Assembly: GCA_964016885.1 (NCBI GenBank)
Contig: OZ024742.1
Span: forward strand, 81,468,001 to 81,532,000
DNA length: 64,000 nucleotides
DNA from: Eledone cirrhosa
Lineage: Eukaryota
Direction: 5' to 3'
Below the pieces are notes generated by a model, which made no database searches, was not told the origin of the DNA, and worked only from the letters and a program-made list of their open reading frames with translations. The position numbers were made by a program, and so were the translations under genes. Position 1 is the stretch's first letter; each line of letters starts with the position of its first letter. Below are positions 1 through 11,431 of the stretch, one piece after another.

Positions 1-2460
1 CCATCTTTCAACAAAATGCTGGGAAGAGAGCACTTCCCTCTCTACTCTGATTTTCCTTTTCAAATGGAATTTGAAAAAGTCAATCAGAGCATCACCGAAG
101 AGATAAGTGCTCGTCTTCAGCTCTTTCAAACGTGTCCACCATACTATCTCTAAGGCCATGGCCACCATACAGATAATAACTGCCTGCCCTTCCCGTCTAA
201 AGGAGGAGGGCGGGGCAATCCTCACGATGGACTCAGATGATAGCCGGATCCGTCCTACACGCGACAGCAGGTGTTCGACATAAACCCACAAGTCAGCAAT
301 TTTCGGACACTGGACGAGTGCGTACAGGACGGTTTCGTCGCCCTGCGCGCATCTCGGACATGTCCGGCTGACGGCACCTGCATGCCTGTAGAGTTTATCC
401 CGAACTGGCAAGGCTCCTCGGTAGCACTGCCAGGCCAGAGATTTCTGGAAGTTGTCCATAGGCCCTGGCCCGAAAGTTCTTCCGAAGAGATTGGCTAGTT
501 GATTTTCGTCGACGCCTAGAGTTTCCCCAAGTACGTCGTCGCTCGTCCCCTCCACTAATCCTCTATAGAAAGCCGAGGTGGAGTTTCAACCGATCACATT
601 GCCCGATTGGTCGAGGGCTGTGAGCGCCTGAAGACATTCCAGTCTCCAGGCGCTCCCTCTCGGTCTTCGAGGAAGAGGTGGAGATGTCGTAGCCTGAGCG
701 CGTGCCTGCGTCTCATCAGCCACGGCATGCCGTGCCCTCCACGTAGCGGGTGTTGACAACAGATGGACCGCCTGACCATCGGAGCGCGTCCCTTCCACAA
801 AAAGCGAAAGAGCAAACGCTCCAGCGCAGTCAGGCGAGGCTTAGGACAAGTTACGACGGTCAGGCGGTAGCAGATGTACGCGTTAGCCACCTCCGCTTGT
901 CCTTTCAGGGATAGCTTCCTCTCCGCCCATTTCTGGGTGAGAGAAGCCACCCTGCTCGTCACCTCGTCCCAGTTTTTCTCCGTCTGGAGGTCTGGACCGA
1001 ACCAGACCCCTAGCAATTTAACCGGTCCGTCCGTCCAGCGTCCGACGACGCTGTTGGACGGCATCGACCTGCCTCTCCAGGTGCCGAGCTGCAGGTCCAC
1101 TGACTTTTCCTGGTTGATCATTTCTCCTGTCACCGCTTCGTATTCTCTTAGTTTAGTACCGATCGCCTCGATGTCTTTGGCGTTCGACACCACTACGGTG
1201 ACATCGTCCGCATATGCTGACACGGATCTTCCGCATCTTAGTTCGCGCGGGACGCCCCTCAACGTCTCCAGTTTGTGCAGTAATGGCTCGAGAGTCAATA
1301 CGTACAAGAGGGACGAGAAGAGACATCCTTGGCGGACCGAGCGCATGAATTTGAACGGTTCTGACAGGTGACCGTTCACTCTCACCACAGAGCAGATGTC
1401 GCTGTGCATGGCAGCGATCCAGCCTCTGAAGACGGGACTAAAGCCAGCCGCCCTCAGGACTGCCGCCAGGTAACGATGGTCGACCCTATCGAAGGCTTTC
1501 GACTGATCTAAATTGATCAAGGACCCACCCGTGCCAGGTTCCCTAGCGAGCCTCTCTACGATGTATCGCATGAGGTGGAGGTTGTCGTGGATGGATCTGT
1601 CGGGAATGGCGCATGTCTGCGCCTCTCCCACCAGACCACCAACGACAAGCGCCAACCTCTTTGCTAGCACCTTGGCCAAAATCTTGAACTCTGTGTTTAG
1701 CAGCGTTATGCGCCGGAAATTATCTATGTTATCCCCCTTGTTCGGATCCTTTCTCAGCAGTGCCACCGCTCCTCGGCTCACAGAACTGGGAACTCTCCCA
1801 TTACGTTGCCAGTTGCAGTAGACGTCCGCCAAGAGGCCTCCGAACAAGTCTGGCATTTGTACGTAAAGTTCATAGGGCAGGACATCCAAACCAGGCGATT
1901 TACCCCTTGTGCAGCCAGTCATTGCCTCCCTTACTTCAGCGGCTGTTATCGGCTTTTCGCAACACTTCGCCTCAGTGGCCGAGAGCCGCGGCAGTCCGTC
2001 GAGGTAGACACTAAAGTCCATCCCTCGACCCGACCCGCCGCTGCCCCCGCACAGCTGAGCGAAGTGTCGCTGAAAAGCTTCACACATTTGCCCGGGATCG
2101 AGTAGCATGCGCCCGTCGTGGTCCAGCAAAGACCGGATCGTGGCTTTGTTGCCACGACGCGCCTCCGCCACTCGGGCCCATTGAACGGCTTTCGTTCCCT
2201 CGTGTCTGAGAGCACGCACCCTTGCTTTGACAACGCATCCTTCGTGTTTTGCATTGAAGAATTGGTCAAGGGCCAATTTCGCCGCAAGCACGTCGATCGC
2301 AATGCCTTTGCTAAGCGCCTCGTCTAATTTTATAACTAGTACTCCATCTGCTCTATTTTTCTCTATTGCTAAAGCCTTACTAAACCTAATCGATTCTATT
2401 CTAATCGCTCTTTTCAGAGCAAACCACCACTTGTTGTTGACTAGTTCGCTAATCCGGGTG
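1..2460 (-). pseudogene. ORF2 reverse transcriptase of Tx1-like LINE (disrupted)
   Basis: ORF 594..2291 has KSPGLD, FRRITLLNTEFKILAK, LDQSKAFDRVDH, VRQGC and AYADD. The frame extends upstream to ~2460 (TRISELVNNKWWFALK) and continues after frameshift(s) toward position 1. Confidence 0.92.
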
Positions 2461-4155
2461 TGGTTCTGCTATTTTCTTGTCGTTTTTGCTGGGTGTGTGT
2501 GTTTTGTTGTTGTGTTTTCGATGTTGGTGCTTGTGGTGGTGGTGTTGAAGGTGTTGTTGTTGTTGGCGGTGGGGTTGTCGCCGGTGGTGATGGTGGTGCT
2601 AGTGTGGGTGGTGATGGTGTTGGTGGTGTTGCTGCTGTGAGTCTCTTTGCAGTAGACTTTACCCTTTTTTCATTTCTTTGCTCCCTTTTCAAAGGCGACG
2701 ATGCGCTGCTTCTGCGTTTGTGCCTTCTTACGACATTTTGCCATCCCTCTCCCACCTCACACTCCATGTCTGATTCTGTGAGGTCGGGGAGGGGTACCAG
2801 CTCCACTCTTTCACTTGTTGTTGTTGGTGATGTTTGCACTGGAGTCTCTGTTGCAGCTGCATTTGGTATTGCTGTTGTTGTTGTTAATACTTCCACTGCT
2901 GCTGCTGTTTTTGATTTCCGTGGCGTGGGTATGGGTGCCATGGACCTATCGTTCCTGGTTGCCGCTTGTCCGGTTGCTGGTAGCCGTGGAGCCGGTTTCG
3001 GAAGGAGGGGGGTTTTCTCCTTTCTAAGGGTCTTCTCGTTGCAGAAGGCCCTGAGGTGAGTCTTCGATCTACAGCGAAAGCATTTCGGGCGTTTGCCCTC
3101 AACACTTATGGGCAGTTGAGTGCCGTTATCGAAGACTATCACATCCGGGATAGCTTCGATGCACTCCTGGTTGGTTTGGATTAACATCTCAATGGAGGTG
3201 CCGACCCAATCTTCTCTTACTTTTTTCTGTACTTGCAGTACAGTTGTTTTGTTCTCGATTCCGACGAGGACAGACGCGGCCAGCCAAGAAGGAGCCATCC
3301 CGTGTGGGACGTGGGTCAGTTTGACCCTCACAATTTTTTGCCCGCAGTAGGAGGGCACCAAAACCATTTCCTCCCTCCTTAGGGTCACTAAGGATGAGCC
3401 TTTGCCTCCTAGGGTGTGGCAAAAAGTACGTCTACGGTGGCATATTTCTTGCCTCGGGTGATGTGCGTTTTCCGCTGCCACACAGACCCCAAGGCTTTTT
3501 GTATTTGAGCCTCTGTGGCTCTTTCAACCCTACGGGATTTTGTACTTACTGTACGGTACGTGACCGTACAGTGCTGTTGGGTTACGAAAAATGTTTCGGC
3601 TGCCTTGCAGATTGCTCGGTGTCCAGTTTTTGTCACCATCTTCTTCGCTTCCTCTAATTCGTCATTTGTTATGAGGATGGTTTCCAGGTTCTTCGTGATA
3701 CCTGCAAACGAGATTGGTTTTTCTTTGCTGCTGTTGTTGTTGTCGTCAGAGCTGCTGTTACTTTTGTTGTTGCTGCAGGTACTACGACTACTGCCGCCGC
3801 CGCTGTTGTTGTGGTTGTTGTTGTTGTTGCTGCTGCTGCTGTTGTTGTTGCTGTTGCTGCTAATGCTGTTGTTGTTTATGCTGCTGCTGATGCTGTTGCG
3901 GCTGCTACTGTTGTTTTCCTTGTCACTGTTGCTGCTGCTGCTGTTATTACGGCTGCTACTGCTATTATTCCTGACGTCAGGCGAATGAAATGGGTTTTCG
4001 TATTTCCCGCACACCTTTTTCGTCGTTGTCGTCGTCGTCGTGGAGAAAACTTGCACGCTTTGCACGTGATTTTTCTTTTCTGGGGTTGCTTGCGAAAGAG
4101 AAGGGAGGGAGAGAGACACATTTAGAGAAGGGAGGGAGAGAGACAATCTTCTCAC
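2441..4155 (-). pseudogene. ORF1 (gag-like, CCHC zinc knuckle) of Tx1-like LINE, split by a frameshift
   Basis: Overlapping ORFs 3409..4155 and 2441..3481; motif CFRCRSKTHLRAFC; low-complexity S/N/T/P/Q tracts. Confidence 0.8.
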
Positions 4156-4445
4156 TGCTGTAGTGACGATTGAGGAAGAAGAAGACGGATGAGTGAGAGT
4201 AACCTATGAACATTATTTTTCGTAGCCATGTTGTTTATTTTGTTTAAAATAAATATTGGGCACAAAACCCCAATAAACGGTTATTTAACCCTGAAGGGCC
4301 AAATAACGGGCAGAAAGACCCCTCTCACGAGGAGGAGGGTGTTTTTATCTACAAGTTGGTTAAAGTTTTAAACAATTTACAATTGTTATAGCGGACAAAA
4401 TTTTCAATACCTTACAGAGCCGAGCCTCCGTCAACCAGAGCATTC

Positions 4446-4489
<44 letters not shown>
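4446..4489 (+). repeat. (AAT)n microsatellite, 5' flank of truncated R4/Dong copy
   Basis: Direct read of (aat)n. Confidence 0.95.
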
Positions 4490-4491
<2 letters not shown>

Positions 4492-5397
4492 GGAAAATAC
4501 CCAGAACGAGCTAACAATCCTGATGTTGACAAAACTTTAACCCATCAGTGGTTGGCATCCTCTGGACTGAAATCGGAGACTGAAGGACTGATTATATCAG
4601 CACAAGATCAGTGTCTGCCAACAAAAAATTACCAAGCCAACATAATAAAAAATGGATGCAGCCCATTATGCCGTGTATTTAAAAAACAACCAGAGACCAT
4701 TGACCATATAATTTCAATGTGCAGTCCTATAGCTCCAACCGAATACCTAAACAGGCATGACAGAGCTGCACAATACATACATTGGATAATGTGTAAGCAT
4801 TTTGACCTGCCCCATCAAAAGAATTGGTGGGAGCATCAACCACCTCCCATACTTGAAAAAGATCACATCTCAATCTTGTTGAACTTTAGCATCCAAACAG
4901 ACCGAAAAATAGATGCAAATAGACCTGATATAATATTGAAGGACTTTAAAAAGAGGGTATGCCTGCTAATTGATATGTCCGTTCCAATAGACAAGAATGT
5001 ATCTATAAAAACATTTGAAAAATTGAGCAAGTATAAGGACCTGGAGATAGAAATTGGAAAAATGTGGAAATTGATAACTAAAACAATACCAGTGGTTGTA
5101 GGCGCTCTAGGAATGATACCTAAGGGGTCTAATGATTACTTATCGCAAATCCCAGGAAACCCGCGTATAGGAGAAATACAAAAGATAGTAGTAATGGGAA
5201 CTCCCCATATACTAAGGAAGATTCTGTCAATATAAGTACATCACAAGTCTAAACACCTAAAGATGCATGTGTGAGTATGTATGTTCTTTCTTGAACATGG
5301 CGGACCTTGTTGTCTCTTGAGGTCACTGGTTGTGATAACTCGTATGAACATAGAGCAAGATAAATGCATCTGTAATAATAATAATAATAATAATAAT
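4490..5397 (+). mobile_element. 5'-truncated R4/Dong element with (TAA)n tail
   Basis: Near-identical to ~9349-10234. ORF 4552..5235 has a degenerate CCHC (CRVF instead of CRVC) and the RLE motif RPDII..IDMSVP..EKLSKY. Flanked on both sides by (TAA)n. Confidence 0.93.
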
Positions 5398-6283
5398 TTA
5401 AATCAATTGTGAAAGAACAATTCTTAGCACAAATGTTGCATAAAGGCACCGAATGAGGTCCCATAAAGTTTCGGATCCATATTATATTGTTGTATCGCTC
5501 AAATATTCAATTTTGTATTATATATTTTGTATTCAAAAAAAGAAAATGGTTATAAATGGAACAAAACACCCTCTGTCTACACTATATAGAACAGCGGCAA
5601 TTTCAATTTTACCAACACCAGAAACTTGATACACTACCTATCCCATCACACTAAATATAACGGCAACTTCACCGGCATCATAATAATAATTACTATTATT
5701 ATTGTCTCAAATTTAAAAAAATGTCTCAAATTTAAAAAAATGTTTAATTCAAATTTTACGGGAATATGTCAACACAAAATATAATGAAAATATATATTAA
5801 ACATACGAACACAAACTCATAGATACTATATCAGTAACCACAACACCACCGCTGCCACCACCCCCACCACATCCATCATCGCCGCCACCACTCATTCAAT
5901 GCTACTGACACTATTCCCCTGTTAACTTGAGAGAGAAAAGGGAAGGTGGTGGTAGCACTAGACAAGAGAGAGGCTAGCAAAAGATATAAATAGATTGACT
6001 TGGTGACCTTGCCACGGACAAACGTCTACATCAACAATTATATGACTGCTGGCTCACCCCTTCCTCACCAACAATATAAAAAGCCCCGGCACCACCACCG
6101 ACATAGCCAGCAGCAATAACAGCCAACTACAACAAAAAGTATATTATATTATTGTAATGCACTGGGTGATTGCTGGCCTGGAGTGGAGACAATTATTAAT
6201 AATTTCATTCTTAAGCCACGCAATGCTCACATTAAGGAACCACTCATGATAATAACAATTTAAAAAAAACAACAAAAAGAAAA

Positions 6284-6419
6284 CCCCGTGACCAAGAAAT
6301 ACCGGGATGGCGGCCGGCGGGGAATAGCCATGTCTCTAGGGGAGAACGACCCCTCTAGTCTTGGTTGACACTCGTTCTAGAAGTGGTAACACGAAAAGAT
6401 TACCCCTTGGCGGATAAGG
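6284..6419 (+). ncRNA. Predicted double-pseudoknot structured RNA in R4/Dong 5' UTR
   Basis: GACCAAGA(6290-97)/TCTTGGTT(6359-66). ATGGC(6307-11)/GCCAT(6327-31), whose loop CGGGG(6318-22) can pair with CCCCG(6284-88). AGGGG(6338-42)/CCCCT(6350-54), whose loop AGAACGA is the exact complement of TCGTTCT(6372-78). Also GGTAA/TTACC and CCTT/AAGG hairpins. Confidence 0.55.
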
Positions 6420-6443
6420 ATAAAACGCGACAAAATAAAGTAG

Positions 6444-9400
6444 ATGTCTAATGATGAAATCTCATACCGGATCGGCCGTCACCCGGGTAAAAAAGGGCCG
6501 CGTCCCTCAGAGAGGAACCAGACTGGGGTCGAAAAATCAGCTAATGGTTCAAACCTTCCCATCACTTCGGAGCTGGAGACCTCCCATAACCGGAATACTC
6601 CTACTGTTGGCCCTCCATGCTCACCACCAAGAAATCCAAAGAAAAAGAGAGAAAAATGGTCAAGGGAAGATAATAAAGAAGTCCTTGAGGCTTTCTACAC
6701 TGCCATGTACTACCCATCAAATACATCGAATACAGAGCAAACATATATCAACTGGAAAAAGAAACATCCCGAAAACAGAGGCTATATTGACAGTAACAAA
6801 CTAGCCAATATACGAAGAAATATTGTGAGAAAAAAGTTACTAACTGATATAGAAATTGATCAGATCAAGCTAGTAGCACAAAGTCAGCGAAGGGAAAATG
6901 AAGCATGTGTCAGTGAAAACGAGGTAAACTGTAACACTTCGAATCCCAGAGTTGGGGCGGAATCACTGGCAACAGAACAAATTAAAGAAAGGAGCGAAAA
7001 AGTGGAGGGAGTGCATGCTCAGGATGAAACTCCAAATGAAAGTTTTGAGATCGTAAATGATAAAGAAATGAATGAGAATGAACTTGCCAACTTGAAGGAT
7101 GAAATTATGATCGAATGGATGAAAATGAAAGAATCTGACATGGGGGAACGAGACACCCTCCCTAAGATCCAGAACTCCAAACAGAACCAAAAGATAATAC
7201 ACAAGACTAACATAATTCTCAAAAACATTATCATCACAAACAAACTAAGCATTACTGACTTAAATCATCTCTATTATGCATCGGCTAAAGTCACCACTTA
7301 CTTATGTGGAGTGAAGATGAAAAAACAAAGGAATTCCCACAAGAAATCTACTTGGCAAGATAACATCAATCGCCAAATAAAGCTTCTCCGATCTGACATA
7401 GAAATTTTAACAAACTATAAAGTAGGTGAACATGTTAAACAAACTAAACTTAGAAAATTGAAAAAAAAGTACAGTATAAGATCAACATGTGACATAGACA
7501 TGCTGATAGAAACAATCAAGCAAAAAGTGTCGGCCAAAGCTGCTCGTATAAGGCGCTTTGAAAAACGATCTAGATTCTATAAGGACAATAATATGTTCAA
7601 AAACAACCAAAGAAACTTCTACAGAAAAATTGGTAAGTCAACAATAACTGCTAAATCAATACCACCCAAGGAGGAAGTGCAAGAATTCTGGGAAAAGATC
7701 TGGGCCGAAGAAAAAGTTCATAACATACATGCCCCATGGATAGACAGACAAATGAAAGAAACAGCTCACCTTGAAGAACAAACATGGGAAAATATAACAG
7801 TTGAACAGCTGCGCTTGGCTCTAAGAAAAACCAGCAAATGGAAATCCCCAGGAAAAGACAAAATACAAAACTTTTGGATAAATGCCTTCACAGAGTCTCA
7901 TGAGCTGTTAGCCCAACTTTACAATGAAATAGTTAAAGAGCCAGAAAAGATACCATCATGGCTAGTTAACGGCATTACATTCCTGCTAACGAAGAATGAT
8001 GAGACAAACAATCCCAAAAATTACAGACCGATAACCTGCTTGACCACAATGTATAACATTTTAACATCAGTCCTAACTGAATACACATATGACCACCTGA
8101 TAACAAATGACCTATTTCCCATTGAGCAGAAAGGGTGTAAACGAGGCTCATATGGCTGTAAGGATCAGCTTCTGGTTAACAAAATGATACTGGAAGATTG
8201 TCATAATAGACACAAAAATCTATCGATTGCTTGGATAGATTATAAAAAAGCATTTGATAGTTTGCCACACAGTTGGATTGAAAAATGTTTAGAGATTTTC
8301 AAAATATCCCCCGTTATCAGGAGGTTTTTGTCATTCAGTATGAGGACATGGAGAACGACACTCCTTTTGAATAGTGAAACAAAATCACTGGAAGCTGGAG
8401 AAGTTAACATTAATTGTGGAATTTTTCAGGGTGACTCTTTATCACCGCTTTTATTCTGCATCGCACTTATACCATTAAGTAAAATGCTCAATGAAACAAA
8501 ACATGGATATAGAGTATATGACAAAACCATTAATCACCTGTTCTACATGGATGACCTGAAACTATTTGCAAAAAATGATGAACAATTGCAAGGGCTATTA
8601 TCCACTGTGAAGCAGTTCAGTGATGACATTAAAATGGAGTTTGGACTGGATAAATGCGCCAAAGCAACGTTCACCAGAGGAAAGCTGCTGAAGAGTTCAG
8701 ACATTAATCTTGATCGGGGGAACGTGATAAGAGAGCTTGATCAAGAACAAACTTACAAATATCTAGGTGTTTGTGAAGGAGACGGAATCAAGCACTCGAC
8801 AATGAGGGAAAGGATAAGGAAGGAATGTTACCGCAGAGTCAGAGCAATCTTAAGAACGGAATTGAATGCAAGGAATAGGATCGATGCCATAAACACGCTT
8901 GCCATACCAGTAGTAACCTACAGTTACAATGTCATCAACTGGTCAAGCACAGAGATCCGTAGGCTCGATACAAAAATCCGAAAATTCTTAACCATGCACA
9001 GAATGCATCACCCTAAGGCAGACATAGATAGAATATATCTCCCTAGGAAAGAAGGAGGACGTGGGTTAATCCAGTTAGACATTGCGTTGAAAACTGCAAC
9101 AATTGGATTATCCACATATCTAAGGGAATCACATGATTGGATGATCAAACTCGTTTTGAAACACGAAAGCACCAAAAGATCATATTCCATTACAAAAGAT
9201 GCACAAAGATACAGTAATGGACTACAAATTTCAGAAGTCCCATTTACTGCTGAAATGGAAAACACAGAAAAAGCAAAGCAGGTAAAAGTAACTGCAAAGA
9301 AAGAACTGCTACAGAAACTGGCTAAGAAATGGCAAGAAAAGCCTCTGTATGGAAAATACCCAGAACGAGCTAACAATCGTGATGTTGACAAAACTTTAAC

Positions 9401-10094
9401 CCATCAGTGGTTGGCATCCTCTGGACTGAAATCGGAGACTGAAGGACTGATTATATCCGCACAAGATCAGTGTCTGCCAACAAAAAATTACCAAGCCAAC
9501 ATAATAAAAAATGGGTGCAGCCCATTATGCCGTGTATGCAAAAAACAACCAGAGACCATTGACCATATAATTTCAATGTGCAGTCCTATAGCTCCAACCG
9601 AATACCTAAACAGGCATGACAGAGCTGCACAATACATACATTGGATAATGTGTAAGCATTTTGACCTGCCCCATCAAAAGAATTGGTGGGAGCATCAACC
9701 ACCTCCCATACTTGAAAAAGATCACATCTCAATCTTGTGGAACTTTAGCATCCAAACAGACCGAAAAATAGATGCAAATAGACCTGATATAATATTGAAA
9801 GACTTTCAAAGGAGGGTATGCCTGCTAATTGATATGTCTGTTCCAATAGACAAGAATGTATCTATAAAAACATTTGAAAAATTGAGCAAGTATAAGGACC
9901 TGGAGATAGAAATTGGAAAAATGTGGAAATTGAGAACTAAAACAATACCAGTGGTTGTAGGCGCTCTGGGAATGATACCTAAGGGGTCTAACGACTACTT
10001 ATCGCAAATCCCAGGAAACCCGCGTATAGGAGAAATACAAAAGATAGTACTAATGGGAACTGCCCATATACTAAGGAAGATCCTGTCAATATAA
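6444..10094 (+). CDS. R4/Dong polyprotein: RT + CCHC zinc knuckle + restriction-like endonuclease
   Basis: KSPGKD, NYRPITCL, WIDYKKAFDS, GIFQGDSLSP, FYMDDLKL, CRVC..ETIDHIISMC, RHD and RPD..D..K..KY motifs; no internal stops. Confidence 0.95.
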   Translation: MSNDEISYRIGRHPGKKGPRPSERNQTGVEKSANGSNLPITSELETSHNRNTPTVGPPCSPPRNPKKKREKWSREDNKEVLEAFYTAMYYPSNTSNTEQTYINWKKKHPENRGYIDSNKLANIRRNIVRKKLLTDIEIDQIKLVAQSQRRENEACVSENEVNCNTSNPRVGAESLATEQIKERSEKVEGVHAQDETPNESFEIVNDKEMNENELANLKDEIMIEWMKMKESDMGERDTLPKIQNSKQNQKIIHKTNIILKNIIITNKLSITDLNHLYYASAKVTTYLCGVKMKKQRNSHKKSTWQDNINRQIKLLRSDIEILTNYKVGEHVKQTKLRKLKKKYSIRSTCDIDMLIETIKQKVSAKAARIRRFEKRSRFYKDNNMFKNNQRNFYRKIGKSTITAKSIPPKEEVQEFWEKIWAEEKVHNIHAPWIDRQMKETAHLEEQTWENITVEQLRLALRKTSKWKSPGKDKIQNFWINAFTESHELLAQLYNEIVKEPEKIPSWLVNGITFLLTKNDETNNPKNYRPITCLTTMYNILTSVLTEYTYDHLITNDLFPIEQKGCKRGSYGCKDQLLVNKMILEDCHNRHKNLSIAWIDYKKAFDSLPHSWIEKCLEIFKISPVIRRFLSFSMRTWRTTLLLNSETKSLEAGEVNINCGIFQGDSLSPLLFCIALIPLSKMLNETKHGYRVYDKTINHLFYMDDLKLFAKNDEQLQGLLSTVKQFSDDIKMEFGLDKCAKATFTRGKLLKSSDINLDRGNVIRELDQEQTYKYLGVCEGDGIKHSTMRERIRKECYRRVRAILRTELNARNRIDAINTLAIPVVTYSYNVINWSSTEIRRLDTKIRKFLTMHRMHHPKADIDRIYLPRKEGGRGLIQLDIALKTATIGLSTYLRESHDWMIKLVLKHESTKRSYSITKDAQRYSNGLQISEVPFTAEMENTEKAKQVKVTAKKELLQKLAKKWQEKPLYGKYPERANNRDVDKTLTHQWLASSGLKSETEGLIISAQDQCLPTKNYQANIIKNGCSPLCRVCKKQPETIDHIISMCSPIAPTEYLNRHDRAAQYIHWIMCKHFDLPHQKNWWEHQPPPILEKDHISILWNFSIQTDRKIDANRPDIILKDFQRRVCLLIDMSVPIDKNVSIKTFEKLSKYKDLEIEIGKMWKLRTKTIPVVVGALGMIPKGSNDYLSQIPGNPRIGEIQKIVLMGTAHILRKILSI

Positions 10095-10234
10095 GTACAT
10101 CACAAGTCTAAACACTAAGGATGCATGTGTGAATATGTGTGTTCTTTCTTGAACATGGCGGACCTTGTTGTCTCTTGAGGTCACTGGTTGTGACTTGGTG
10201 ATAACTCGTATAAACATAAAGCAAGATAAATGCA

Positions 10235-10270
<36 letters not shown>

Positions 10271-10271
10271 C

Positions 10272-10385
10272 ATAAATCCGCAGATGTTAGCTTTACCTTC
10301 CATCCTTACTGGTTCTATAAGAAAAAGTACCAGTAATGCACTAGGATAATTGCTGGCCTTCTGCCAAACGTAGAAACAATTATTA
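10272..10385 (+). mobile_element. 3' part of tRNA-derived SINE (same family as 52177-52363)
   Basis: Matches the ccttccatccttac..aaagtaccagtaatgcact..tagaaacaatt tail of the other copies. Confidence 0.75.
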
Positions 10386-10745
10386 ATATTTGGTTGGTTG
10401 TCAAGCAAATAGCCTCATAAACACCATGTGTGCTTTATCGATGATCAACGTCTCCATTTTCTTCCAGAGGAAGCAGGGAGAAAACAGTCGACTATTGTTT
10501 GTGAGTTTTTGCTCCTTATCGAGAGTGTGTACTCTCTCATGTCTGTAACCGCTGGAACTTCTGAAAACACTGATCAAATTAATCTAATTTGCACACGGCT
10601 TTGTCGTAAATTGAAAACGAAATTAGTTATCACTTTTAACATGGATGATAACTAAATGTCTTCCTGGGTGAATATATACATGTATAAAGTTGAGAATATT
10701 ATGTATTCTCACCATTTCCAGTGAGTAGCAGTAACGTCAATACAC

Positions 10746-10785
10746 AGTCTTCCTAAGGAGCAAAATTCCGAAACAATTGTCGACT
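10746..10785 (+). ncRNA. Degenerate hammerhead ribozyme relic
   Basis: AGTC-ttc-CTAAGGA-..-GAAA-CAATTG-TC-GACT: palindromic stem III and stem I AGTC/GACT, but core G5 is mutated and stem II is poor. Confidence 0.35.
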
Positions 10786-10898
10786 ATTTTCTCTCAGCTA
10801 CCACTGGAATATTAGCAAGGTGTTGGTCATCTAGAAACACATGATGTTTTAGAGTCTGTTTTCTTGCAAAGAAACCGAATGTTAATAATATTATAATA

Positions 10899-11085
10899 TG
10901 TGGTTTGGCAGTATCGGTAGAGGTTTGGACACCATGCTTTACAACATAGTTACTCCCCTTTACGTTCTGAGTTCAAAGACCGCCAAGGTTAACCTTGCCT
11001 TTCATCCTTACGGGGTCGATAAAATAAAGTACCAGTAACGTACTGAGAAGATTACTGGCATTGTGCCAAAAGTAGAAACAATTAT
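10899..11085 (+). mobile_element. tRNA-derived SINE (MetaSINE-like central domain)
   Basis: A-box-like tggcagtatcgg, B-box-like gagttcaaagacc, central gcctttcatccttacggggtcgataaaataaagtaccagt. Confidence 0.85.
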
Positions 11086-11374
11086 TAAAATAGAATTAGA
11101 ATTTAGCTTAGTCATAGTTTCATAAAAAAAAATTGAAAGCCTCAGCTACGAATAGAAGGCTCAAGGTAAGGGCCGGCTAGTGTAGTCCAGTAGAAACAAG
11201 GAAGAAAATCGTCTATGCAATTCGAACTTGCACGGTTCTCCCTCTTCCTACATCTGGTCTTTTAGTTAGGATAAAGTATATAGTTTACCCGCCTCTGAAA
11301 ATGGGATGATTAGCCTTATTTGCATACGAAGCTGTATACATTGGCTCAACGTAATACAAAATTAGAATTTCTTA

Positions 11375-11431
11375 TATCTAAAGATATACGGTATGTTTCG
11401 TTATAAAACATACCGTATATCTTTAGATATA
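11375..11431. repeat. Perfect ~26-bp inverted repeat (hairpin)
   Basis: atatctaaagatatacggtatgttt ... aaacataccgtatatctttagatat with a short loop. Confidence 0.9.

Larger units (their letters stand above)
1..4445 (-). mobile_element. Tx1/L1-clade non-LTR retrotransposon, frameshifted, internally deleted (APE endonuclease missing), 3' end runs off window
   Basis: Minus-strand ORF1 pieces with a zinc knuckle, ORF2 RT motifs, a C-terminal zinc-finger remnant (TCPRCAQGDETVLYALVQC, ~305-365) and a putative 5' UTR at 4230-4445 ending at an (AAT)n tract. Confidence 0.9.
6270..10270 (+). mobile_element. Apparently full-length R4-clade (Dong-like) non-LTR retrotransposon with (TAA)n tail
   Basis: Structured 5' UTR, single uninterrupted 1216-aa ORF, ~140-bp 3' UTR and (TAA)n at 10235-10270. 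Dong elements are known to target TAA microsatellites. Confidence 0.93.

Noticed and set aside
874-3988. Plus-strand ORFs over the Tx1 element (poly-L/V proteins)
   Set aside because: They are antisense shadows of the retroelement ORFs and their triplet repeats.
4300-4350. CTCCTCGTGAG in the Tx1 5' UTR resembling an HDV ribozyme L3 loop
   Set aside because: No P1, P1.1 or J4/2 elements could be placed; better explained as a simple hairpin.
6515-6550. GAACCA..GCTAA-TGGTTC resembling HDV P2 and J4/2
   Set aside because: The L3 loop is too short, and P1 and P4 are absent.
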